The notes beneath the pieces were generated by a model, which saw only the letters and a program-made list of their open reading frames with translations, was not told the DNA's origin and searched no databases. This document shows, piece by piece, positions 52,801-64,000 of a DNA stretch of 64,000 bases. The stretch's first letter is position 1; each line of letters opens with the position of its first letter. The translations under genes were made by a program, and so were the position numbers. This stretch comes from the human T2T-CHM13v2.0 reference genome, Homo sapiens. The DNA lies in NCBI RefSeq assembly GCF_009914755.1, contig NC_060937.1, one strand, 5' to 3'.

Positions 52801-55294
52801 AAACAAAGAAAGAGAGAGAGAGAAGGAAGGAAACAAAAGAGAGAGAGAGAAGAGCAGAAATGTCAGACAAAGAGTGGAAAAGTAAGATGATTAGAAGAAT
52901 GGAACAGGATTTTGGGTAGTGCTAAGAGTACAATTGAGGTTGGTCATAACAAATTAACATTTTCCCAGTGTTTGTGACTTTCTCTAGCAGCATTTAGCAA
53001 CTAGAGTGCAGGAACTCTGAATGTGAACAACTAGGTCACTACACAGATGGGATGTTACCTGACAAATACAATGTGTACTCAGAGTTAAGCTAGTTTAGGG
53101 CAGCAGCATGATGACCAAATTGAAATGGCACATAAGAAGGGAATGAGGAAATAAGATGTCGATGAACACAGAGATAAAAAAAAAAAGGCTGAAGAATGGC
53201 CTCGCAGGGAAAAGATAAACAAGAAGGTTGGAGGGAGAGTAGGTTGTGGTCAGAGTACAAGGTATTTGATTAGTGGTTTTGGAAGTGCATAGTTTTGATG
53301 ACAAGCTAGGGGTATGACTACTGGGTGTATGTGCCTTAAGTGGAGGGAAGAAAAACACTGGAGATAAGGGCGCCAAAGAACAGAAGGCCGAGAGTAAAGG
53401 AGATTATGCATCATTACAGAGGAAGGAGATTTAGAGTTAAGAAGACAGCAAGTCTGGTGCCAAAGTCTTGGATAAAGGAAGAGCATAAGATGGATAGTGA
53501 ATAGGAGGATGAAACAATGATATATTTCTATGACAACATTCTTGAAACATTCTACTTAGCTCATTTTGAGCTAAGTAGAGGCTTCGTAAAAGAGAGTAAG
53601 TGCGTTGTGCTCTGGTGGGAGTGAAGTTCAAGGTGGATATCGTGAACTCCTCACTCCCTAATCCTGGGGAAATGTGATAAGAGGAGAAAGAGCCCTTTGG
53701 GAGAACTGTAGAGGAACTCAGATTTCTTAACTCTTACTCTTTCTTGGTGGTGCCCTTTATGAGTAGCTGTGCGTTGCCTGTCACTCAGCAACAACCCTGA
53801 GCCACAAGACAGAGATGCCAGGTATCTGGCATAATTGAAGCTAAGGGAAGGACAATCAGCAAAAGATATGGAAAACTGGTTTGCTCTGGACCAAGCAGAG
53901 AAAATTGTTCATCAATTAAATTCAACATATATTTGGTGAGAAATTACTTTGGCTAAGAGTCCACAGATGAGATAATTTATACTCACTGCCAGAAATACCA
54001 AACTGTTTCCATAGCCCATCATCCTTGGGACCTAATGTGTGTATCTGATACAGGAGGCAGCCTATTCTTTTTAGATCATATAAAAGAAGGAAGCAGGAGC
54101 CATGACTTCTATTCTTAGTTCTTCTACTAATAGATCATAAGCAACTACCTACAACCCCAAACCCCAGTCTCCTCACCTAGAACATGAGTGATGATTAACT
54201 AGATGATCACTAATTACCATTCCAGTTCTCAAGATCAGTGATGTCATGATTCACGGGGACTCCCCAGATAGAACTGCCATATCTACTCTGCGTCCACTTG
54301 GGCAGACTTCCTGCCTAATTCTACCTTACTTCATGGATTCCCTCCCACAAACTTCCAGAATGCTGTTAAGCAGCACCCCCACCCCCCTTACTCAATGGCC
54401 TTACTAAACAGTCAAAAAGAGCTTCCTTTTTAATCTGGGCAAGAAATAGCCCTCTATTCTTTAAAGGACATAGCCAGTTGCCTCTACTGGAACTCCAAAA
54501 AAATGACAAGCAGGTATCATACCTTTGTATTGCCAGAACTCATCTCTTTAAATGAAAATGAGAGGAGAGGGAACAAATTAGGGGCAATTGGAAGATTTCC
54601 TAATCACAGGCCTTGAAAAAGAAAGTCCACAAAGCTGTTCAGTCTCTTGGAGTCATAAGAGCAAGGAATCATTGAGATGACAAGCTAAACTCGCTCAAAG
54701 AGATGGCATTATCAACCTCCCTTTTTTGTTGCTGTTTTATTTTTTCCTCACTCCATCTGCTCAGAGGAACCCAATCTTGCTGAATTGGTATGAAGATGGC
54801 TGGAGAATTATAAATTAATGGGAGGGATGCCAGAGAACATAAATAGATGACACCGTCTCACATGGCCAATACATTTATTCAGTTTAATAGCCAATGAAAG
54901 GCAAAGAAAGCCACTCATTTAAGATGTTTAAAATTGCACAAAATGTTAAGGATTGTATCATAGTAAAATAATACTCAAATGAAATATATGCCAGTTCCAT
55001 TTTAAACTATAAAAAAGAGAATATCTTTGTATAAAGCCTCTGTATTAATAAACATTGTATTCCGTGTAAGTGCTTAATGTGTTAGATTTCAGCATGTACA
55101 TTAAACTTTAAATGTAACTTCCCATTATGATATCTTAAGAAAATTTCTCAATCTATTAACAAATGAGAGGAAGCACCTTGTGTGAAGCCTTGTGCTGGGC
55201 TCCCTAGGACAAAGGCAAAGTTCAAGGAAGGGCCTCTACTCTAAAGAATTTACAGTCAATTAGGAAAACTGTACAAAAGTAGTAAAATATTTTC

Positions 55295-55296
<2 letters not shown>

Positions 55297-55331
<35 letters not shown>
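55297..55331 (+). repeat. (CA)n microsatellite
   Basis: About 17 uninterrupted AC units. Confidence 0.95.
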
Positions 55332-55332
<1 letters not shown>

Positions 55333-55674
55333 CCAACAGCCACACACAAAATACGTAACATATCACCATTGCTAGGTAGTGTCTAACTGATTGCCAGATG
55401 TCTACTAAAGAATGTTACAGTTTAACCCTAATATCAGCTGTTCAAAACTCATTTGATAGGTAAGTAAATGAATTTAGAGCACTTATTCAAGGTTATATAC
55501 CTAGAAAGAAGCAAACCAATATATGAACTTAAAGTCAAATTTTATCCTCCATTTACTCCACTGTGCTACCAACTAAAGTGCTACAGATTTTTAATAAAGG
55601 GAAGAACACGCTTGATTAAAAATAGAGATTAGACATCTCATGGTATAGAGCTCTTAATAGAGCTCTTAATAAAT

Positions 55675-58600
55675 TATTTTTATAACAGTTTTATTGACAT
55701 ACAATTCATGTACCGTAAAATTCACCTTTTATGGTGTACAATTTAGTGTTCTTTAGTATATTCTTGTGGTTGTACAACATCACCACTCTCTAATTTTCAA
55801 AATTTTATCATCACAAAAAGAAACTACACACTCATTATCAATCATTTCTTAATCTTCCCTTTCCCCAGCCCCTGACAACAACTAATCTATGTTCTTTCTC
55901 TATGAATTTGCCAATACTGGGCAATTCATATCAATGGAATCATACAAGATGCAGCCTTTTGTCTGTCTTCTTTCACTTAGAAAAAATTTTTAAGGTTCGT
56001 TTATGTCATAACAGGGTGCACTGACAGGTACAGTAAGGCCTCACTTGGAAAGTTTAGGGCATTGGCATAAGGATCATTGAAATAATGCACAAGAGGAGAA
56101 TAAAATAACAAGGTGTCAATAAACATGGGAATCTAAATGAGGTCCCAGTGGGAGAAGATAAACAAGAATGTTGAAGGGAGAATAGTTGTGGTCCCACACC
56201 AAGATATTTTAATGTCTTTTTATTGACAAGTAATATTCCATTGTGTCGATCTACCACATTTTATTTCTCCATTTATCAGTTAATGAACATTTCAGTTGTC
56301 TCCACTTTTACACTATTATAAATAATGCAGCTGTAAAATTTATGTACAAGTTTTACATGAACATGTGTTTTTAAAAAATTTTCTTAGGTATATAAAAATT
56401 TTCCTAGAAATAAAATTCCTGAGTTACTCTGTTTCACATTTTAAAGAACTGTATGTGTTTTCCAAAGTGTCTGTACCATTTTACAATTCTGCCAGCAACG
56501 CATGAGGATTCTAATTCCTCCACATTCTTGCCAACACTTATTTCTGTCTGACTTTTAATTTTGGTTATCCTAGGAGTGGGAAGAGGTATCTCATTGTAGT
56601 TCGTATTTGCATTTCCATAATGACTAATGATGTTGAGCAGTTTTCTTGTGTTTATTGGTAATTATACAACTTTTCTGGAGAACTGTCTATTCAAATGCTT
56701 TTCCCATTTTAATTGGGTTATTTTTCTTTTTAATGTGGTCTGTGTTTTTACATTCTGAAAACAAATCTCTCATAAGATACATGACTTGTAAATATTTCCT
56801 TCCATAATATGAAGCGTTTTTCACTTTTTGATGGTCTCCTTTGGAACATAAGTATTTTTAATTTTAATGAAGTTAAATGTATCTATTTTATCTTTTGTGA
56901 CTTGTGATTTTTGTGTCTTTTCTAAGAAAACTTTGCCTAATTTACTATCATGAATATGTACACCAATTTTTCTTCTAAGAGTTTTATAGTTTAGGTCGAT
57001 GATTCAATTTTTGTATATGGTGTGAGGTAAAGGTGTAACTTCAATCTTTTTCATGTGGCTGTTCAGTTATTCCAGCACCATTTGTTAAAATACTACCATT
57101 TCCCCCACTGAATAGTCTTGGTACCCTTGTCAAAAATCAATTGACCATCAATGTTAGGATGTACTTCCAGAATCTCAATTCAGTTTTACTGGTGTATATA
57201 TATATATACATATGTAAAATGGAATTTATATATATACACACACACATATATAAACACACACAGACATGCATATATATATATTCATATAATTATATTATAT
57301 ATATGTCTACTCTTATGCCATGTATACTGGCATACTTCTTGATTTGGTTTGTAGTAATTTTTGAGATCTGGGAATGTGAATCCTCTAACTTCATTCTTTT
57401 TCAAGACTGTTTCGGCTATAAGTCCCTTCAATGTCCATATAAACTTTAGGATCAGGTTGTCAAACTCTAAAAATAAAATGCCAGCTGGGATTTTGATACG
57501 AATTATGAATTGAATTGAAACTGTAGTTAAGTTTGGCGAGTACTGACATATTGACATGTTAAGAATATTAAGTCTTCTAGTCTGTAAACATGGGATGTCT
57601 TTCTATTTATATAGGCATTATATAATTTATTTTGATGATGTTCTGTAGCTCTCAGTGAACAAGTATTGTACTTTTTTTCTTTTTTGGAGACAGATCCATC
57701 ACCCAGGCTGGAGTGCAGTGGCATGATCTTGGTTCACTGCAACTTCTACCTCCAGGGTTCAAGTGATTCTCATGCTTCAGCCTTCTGAGTAGCTGGGACT
57801 ACAGGTGTGTGCCACCATGCCTGAGTAATTTTTGTATTTTCAGTAGAGTCAGGATTTCCTCATGTTGGCCAGGCTGGTCTTGAACTTCTGACCTCAAGTC
57901 ATCTGCCTGTCTCAGACTCCCAAAGTGCTGCGATTACAGGAGTGAGCCACTGCACCCAGACAGTATTGTACTTCTTTTGTTCAATTTATTTTTAAGTGTT
58001 ATTCTTTTGATGATATTCTAAGTGCCATTTTCTTAACTTCACTTTCAGATTTTTCATTGTTAGTATATAGAAATACAATTGATTGTTCTATATTGAGCTT
58101 GTAGCCTGTAATATTGTCAAATTCATTTATTAGTTCTAATAGTTGTGTTTGTGTGTGTGTGTGAATTCTTTTGCATTATCTATATAGGGGGTTGTGTCAT
58201 TTGTAAATAGAGTTAATTTTACTTCTTCAAATACAATGTTAAACAGAAGTGGCAAGAGCAGACATTTTTGTCTTATTCCTTGTTCTAGGGGGAAATCATT
58301 CAGTCTTTCCTAATTTAGTCTGATGTTGATGTGCTTTTTTTTGGTAGATGTCTTTATTGAAGTTCTCTTCTGTTCCTAGTCTGCTGAGATTTCATTGTGA
58401 AAAGGTGTTGAATTTTATCAAATGCTTTTTCTTCATTGATTGAGATGAGCATGCTATATTTTGTTCTTTATTCTATTAATATGGTATATTAAATTGAAGA
58501 ATGTATGTACGTAACAACAACAGTGCATTCTGGGATAGATATTTCCATTTGGTTATGGTATATATTCTTTTTATATGTTGCTAGATTAAGATTTTTATAT

Positions 58601-58745
58601 TTCATTAAAATTTTTTTCATTTATATTCATAAAGGATATTGATCAATATACTTATTTCCTTGTAATATACTTTTTTTGATATTAGAATATTAACTTCATT
58701 GAAAGAATTGGGAAGTGTTTCTTCCTATTCTAGTTCTTCAAAGAT
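55675..58745 (-). mobile_element. L1MB-type LINE (3' UTR and fragmented ORF2) with nested insertions
   Basis: AACAGTTTTATTGACATACAATTCA 3' end, CCCCAGCCCCTGACAACAACTAATCTA, GCATTTCCATAATGACTAATGATGTTGAGCA; ORF remnant IPAGILFLEFDNLILKFIW...LKKNEVRGFTFPDLKNYYK is L1 ORF2. Confidence 0.88.
57674..57961 (-). mobile_element. AluS/J SINE nested in the L1MB
   Basis: Reverse Alu body; TSD AGTATTGTACTT at 57662-57673 and 57962-57973. Confidence 0.88.
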
Positions 58746-60096
58746 CTTGAACACATTAAGTAGAATTTTTTTATAATAAGCTTTTAAAAAAATTTGCTAT
58801 CTTTTGGTCATTTTACTTTTCCCAGAACTGAGTTTAGTGTTCTGTATTATTTGTCGTCTATATTCTGTACATAAGTTTTATAGTTCTTAACACATTTAAT
58901 CCAGTTAAATTAGTCAAGAATAGTGAGAGCACTCAATGGCTAGAAATAAAACTACTTTTCACTTTAATATCACTGGGTAGAGCAGTACATATAAAGGTTC
59001 AGACTTTAATTTTCCCTTATTTTGCATGTTTTTTCTTACTCTGAGTCATTATTTACATAAGAAATTGTTTTAAAGGTCACTTTTAAGTGAGGAAAAAAGC
59101 TCCTCACTATATAACACAACCAGATTTCACTTAGAATTGAACCCAGTGAAAGACTTTTACAACAAATTCTATTAATAGCTTGACTTAGATTCTGTTAATA
59201 GGTTGACAATTTGAGCTGTCTTTCTACCCATTGTAGTAAACTCATAAACCTAAAGGGGCTGTCTAAGAAATGAGAATAACTAGAACTTGAAGAGTAAATT
59301 ATGAATATGTTTAATGTTCAGGCCAGGCTATCTTTCCTCCTTTGGCATAGTCAATTCCCAAGTCAAGGTTGGATTTAAAATCAAACTTTCTAGTAAGAGT
59401 AATTGGCAAACCATCTCCCTAATTAGCAGGGGTTTAATCAACTTGAGAAATAAAAAGAAACACACACACACATACACACAGACACACACATACACACACA
59501 CATATATTTATAAAATAGTATAATATGCATTATCTATATTACATATAATATAGATAATGACTATATATTATAATTATTATAATTCCACAGAGGATTTTTT
59601 TCTTTTTTAAGCTTTAAGTCACAAATGTTCTTCTTTCAGTATAAATGGAGATTAAATGAGAAAGGGGGATACATAAGCAAATTTCTTCTAATATATACTC
59701 TTTCTACTATCCTAAACGGCTAGCAGGAAAGATAATTCTAACGATATTTTACACACCATGTTGCAAAGGTTTAAATTATCTTGAATTCCCCCAATTTACT
59801 TATTCCACACATAAAAGAAATGTCAAAAATGGCTAGTAAGTTTTCTCAAATCTATGAGAAATGTCAAAACTTTTTAGAAAATTCTAGCTTATGGCTATCT
59901 TATTTACTAAGCTATCCATCCTTTGCTTGACTCGGTATAATCTTGTTTGCTAACTATAGCCTTTTAGAGAAGAGAATAGTTTAGGACATTGTTGGAATCT
60001 GGACGTGGGTGCATGTGTGTGTCTTCATGCTTGACTGGGGCTGATGGGTTATCCTGTCACGATTTACCTGTATTTATTCTAGGCTAACCTGCAGGT

Positions 60097-60110
60097 GTTT
60101 CCATAGCAAC
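60097..60110. promoter_or_regulatory. RFX X-box-like palindromic motif
   Basis: GTTTCCATAGCAAC, 2 mismatches to the palindrome GTTGCCATGGCAAC, in apparently non-repeat sequence; motif match only. Confidence 0.35.
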
Positions 60111-60435
60111 GTCTCTCGATGACTATTATTGTTGTGACACCAAAGGAGGTGACAATCTTAGGGAGCCTTTTTATTATATAGAGAGAAACCAATAGAAGTT
60201 TATGTTCTCTGATTATTCATCACCCTTTATTGGCAGAGTGTGGCCACCTCTGGGTTTTGATTTGGTGTCCTTTCACTCCACTCACACCTAAATCTCTCTG
60301 CTGTCTGTTCTTGATGGTACAACACAACTCTGCCAACTGTCACTGTTAGAAAACCCCATAAGAAGGGAAGAAGGAAAGGAAAGCGTGTCTTTCAAAAGAC
60401 AGAAGTTTTGATGCCTTTTCTTTCTTTCTTCCCGA

Positions 60436-60804
60436 ATGGTCTGCATGCTTGTGCTTCCCCCAAATTTATATTGAAACCTAGTCACTAATGTGCTGGTATG
60501 AAGAGATGGTACCTTTGGGAGGTGATTAAGTCACGAGGGCAGAGCTGTCACGAATGGAATTAGTATTCGCACTGGACTGGGCCTTTACAAAAAAGACCCA
60601 GGGGAGCTGATTTGCCTCCTTCCACCAGTGGAAGTGAGAATGCACCATCTGTGACCCAGAAAGCAGGCCTTGCCAGGCATCAAATATGCTGGCATCTTGA
60701 CATTGAATTTTTGAGCCTTCAGAATGATGAGAAGCAAGTTTCTGTCATGTATAAGTACCCAGGTAATGGTATTTTTGTTATAGCAGCCTAAGTTGACTAA
60801 AGCA
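60436..60804 (+). mobile_element. MLT1A/MST-type MaLR LTR
   Basis: CCCCCAAATTTATATTGAAACCTA...CTTTGGGAGGTGATTAAGTCACGAGGG...GGTATTTTTGTTATAGCAGCCTAAGTTGACTAAAGCA. Confidence 0.8.
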
Positions 60805-63800
60805 TTGATCAAATGCTTACTATTTATCAGATGCTTACACTTCTATAGACATTTATTAAGTGCTTCTAGGCACTTAAGTAAATACTCCATGTATTGAGGA
60901 AGCCACTGAGAAAATTAGGTATTATACTGACCCCAAGTTTTCATGTCAGGGAATATGGGGTTTTTTTTGTTTTGTTTTTCATCTTTAAAGCTTTAAATCA
61001 CAGATGCCCTTCTTTCAGAATAATTGAGGATCAAATAAGGAAAAACTGGGAACTATAAACAAATTAACTTTTTGCCTAGTGAATCATTTTACCTAAAATC
61101 TTCCCTGACTGTTAATCTTGTGTATGGCATTCACGTCTCTCCTGAGCTTTGCAAGTCTACCTGCCTTGCTATCCTTAGAATGTGCCTTTTCTCTCCACAG
61201 GGGAAGGAGCATTCAGCTAAAAATGAGGCTCAGCAGAACACATTCTCTGGGCATGCTAGGAATCCACAGCTCATCGGTACAGAAATAAAACATGGCTGAT
61301 TTATATACAAACAATGGTGACAGGATTGTCACAGCACACATGGTAACTTCGCTGGCTTGGAAATCATCCCAAAATCAACTAACGAGCACTTCAAAAAGGA
61401 GGGCAAAATGAGGCTCTCATGTTGCTTGTGTGTGTGTCTTTCTTCAAAGTCAAGTGCCAGATCTACTTAGAGCAGACGTTCTTATGTTTTAAAAGCTGAT
61501 TTGGTTAATTTACTGCTGCTAAATGTAGAATCAGATATTTTCCCTTTTATAATAATATAACTTAGGATGCAAGATTTTTTCCATCTCATTCTCATTAACT
61601 AGATCCCCATATTTATAAACTGCCCCTCTTATATCTACTGATCAGTTACATCACAAATATTTTATCTTACAGCAGAGCTAGCCCAATGAACAAAATATTC
61701 TGAAATAAATGCATTTGAAAAATGAAACAACTTGAGCCAGTATAGCATCATGTGTGTAGATCAACATGAATTGTGTCATTACAAACAACTCAAAGTTTAA
61801 GCTACATTAAACTATAAGATCTCTACTGCCCATTACAGCTCCTCCAGGCTATGATTTTGAAGAACTTAGCCCAAAGCAGAAGCTACAGAAAAATTTGACT
61901 TTGAGATTTTATAAGACAATAAATTGAAAATCTTTGGAATAACATAATTTATGAAACAAAACTGTTTTTTAACCCTCCACTCCCATCACTTATCTATACA
62001 GAATGCAGTCCAAAATGGAAACAGAACTGATGTTTTCTTTGGGAGACCAGAATAAACATTTAGTAAGAATGGTGGGAAAAGGCTCTGGATTATTCAGTTC
62101 ATTATTTAACACATCTTGTGTCTTGTGCCCCTGTTATGCATTAGGCTCAGTGCAGGATGCTAAGAATATAGGAGGAAGCAATAGAGAAATGATTGTTCTT
62201 GTCTTCATAGAGTTTATAATCTTGCATGGGGGACAGTCAACAAACAAGTTAACAAATACATAAACTACGGACTCCTCTTTTTAGGAGAGAAAAGTATTAT
62301 GTGTCAAGTATACAATATAATTTTTAGCTACACTAGGTAACTGTATGAGAGATTTTTCATTTATAATACCATTATTTATTGAACCCCCAAATTCCTACAA
62401 ACAATGACATACTTTAGTAAAAGAAGCATATTTGTCTATGGATAATTTGTTTTTAGATAATCTTATTGAAAGCCAAGAAAAACTGTACTTTGTAAAGTCT
62501 TCTTGGGTGGTAAAAGTTAATATGCTTTTCTAATCAGTCTGCCCCAGGTTCCAGAGATGAGTGTCCCAGGGAGCACATGCCCCCACATGCCTTCAAAGAT
62601 GAGGCAGGGACCCCACGGGGTCAGTTTGTGTAGATATGGTTTTGAGTATCATTGCTGTGAAATAGCTGCAACCAACCAGCCAACCTTCAGCAGAAAGAAA
62701 GGACAACCAAGGCACAGGAAAAGGTCAAGTTCTTGAGACAGTCACCAGGCAATGAAAGAAGACTGAAACAAATACATTCGGGGGAAAGATTTGCATAAAC
62801 ATCATGGTTTCAGCACAGAAAGGGGCCTTAAGATGACTTCTGATCTTCTTTACAAAATCTTGAACAGTAGGAGCCCATTTCAAGAAGAGTCCAGGCGTAC
62901 GGCTTCACTGATGTCTTGGGTTGATCCCTATCTCATCAATGTCAGGGGACAGCCTGAGTCCCGCACAGGGACTTCGGGGAAGCCTAGAGGAAAGGTGGCT
63001 GTGGGAGAAGGAGCTACAAACCTCCCTCCAGCTTTCTCCCTCAGAGTAATTGTCTTACTTTTGTTCCCATAAAAATCTAGGCTCCTGAGGTTATTCTCAA
63101 TGGAAAATATGGTGTAAGCGAATACTCGGTATGAATTTCAATGAAATCATGTTGTACTTCTGATCTTACAGGGAAATATTAAGATCCATGTTACATAGAA
63201 ATGCACTAGGCATTGCTGTCTCCCCATGAAACATGACTTAAGCACAGGATGTTTGGCAACAGCTTTATAACATAAGTCAAAATAAAATTGGTTTCCATGC
63301 CTCCCATATAGTTACATAAAAATCATAAGTGGCAGAAATGTCCATGTTTTACATTTATGCTTTATGAAGTATTTTGTGCTTTGTCCTATTATGTAACAAC
63401 CCAGAAAGAATATATGCACCGGTCAATTTTTCTCCACTTCTGCATACTTATTTTGTACCCTTTAAAATTAGAGTCCTGATCATGAAAAAGATCCAAGCAC
63501 AGACTATTTTTGTTGTAAAAATGAAATTAAAATTGTTCTTTATTATAATGAGGTGAATGTAGTTTGCACTTAGCAACACATTACACACCATTTATTCCTC
63601 ACAACGCGTTAGGTTTCCTTATGCACTTATGATATTTGAAGCTCAAAAATGCTAAATTATTTGCCCACATTCGTACAGCTAGTGCTGGGGATTAGAATTC
63701 AGATCTGAGTTACTATAAAGCCATGCTTTTTTCACTAAAAGTTCTTCCTCTTATGCTCAATTTAATAACAGTTTAGTTAAATTTGAAACATTCCACTCTC

Positions 63801-64000
63801 ATTATCATATTAGAATTGTAAATATTCCTCCAGAACTAAAAGACCAAAAATCTATATTTTCTTATTTGATTGAATTATGGTTAAACTCCCAATACAGATA
63901 TAATGAAAACATAAAACAGCAAAAAAAAAAAAGCATAACAATATTGGCAGTCTTCATTTTGGACCTTTGAAGAGCACTGAGTCCATAAATGGGTCCCCTA

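Overview
Human (primate) intergenic or intronic DNA: AT-rich, CpG-depleted and dense in Alu, L1, L2, MIR, LTR and DNA-transposon relics. A young AluYb8-type element with the diagnostic CAGTCCG duplication points to human. I found no intact protein-coding gene; nearly all listed ORFs are repeat-derived or spurious. Four cellular RNAs are present as retrocopies: (1) a BC200 (BCYRN1) copy with a perfect 15-bp TSD at ~4.9-5.06 kb; (2) a near full-length, heavily disabled LIPT1 pseudogene at ~34.4-35.6 kb with an internal templated rearrangement; (3) a 5'-truncated processed pseudogene of L1TD1, the domesticated LINE-1 ORF1 gene, at 48.8-51.0 kb on the minus strand with a 19-bp TSD; and (4) a Y1 RNA copy nested in the 3' UTR of that L1TD1 retrocopy. 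Other points of note are a very recent 103/93/103-bp tandem triplication, a TSD-flanked left-monomer-only AluY, and solo MLT2A1 and THE1 LTRs with DUX4-type motifs. I cannot support a new biological system here. The nested L1TD1/Y1 retrocopy is the strongest candidate for follow-up. From memory a LIPT1 pseudogene is described on human chr13, which may locate the window, but this is unverified. All family and subfamily names are from recalled consensus sequences, not from a search.
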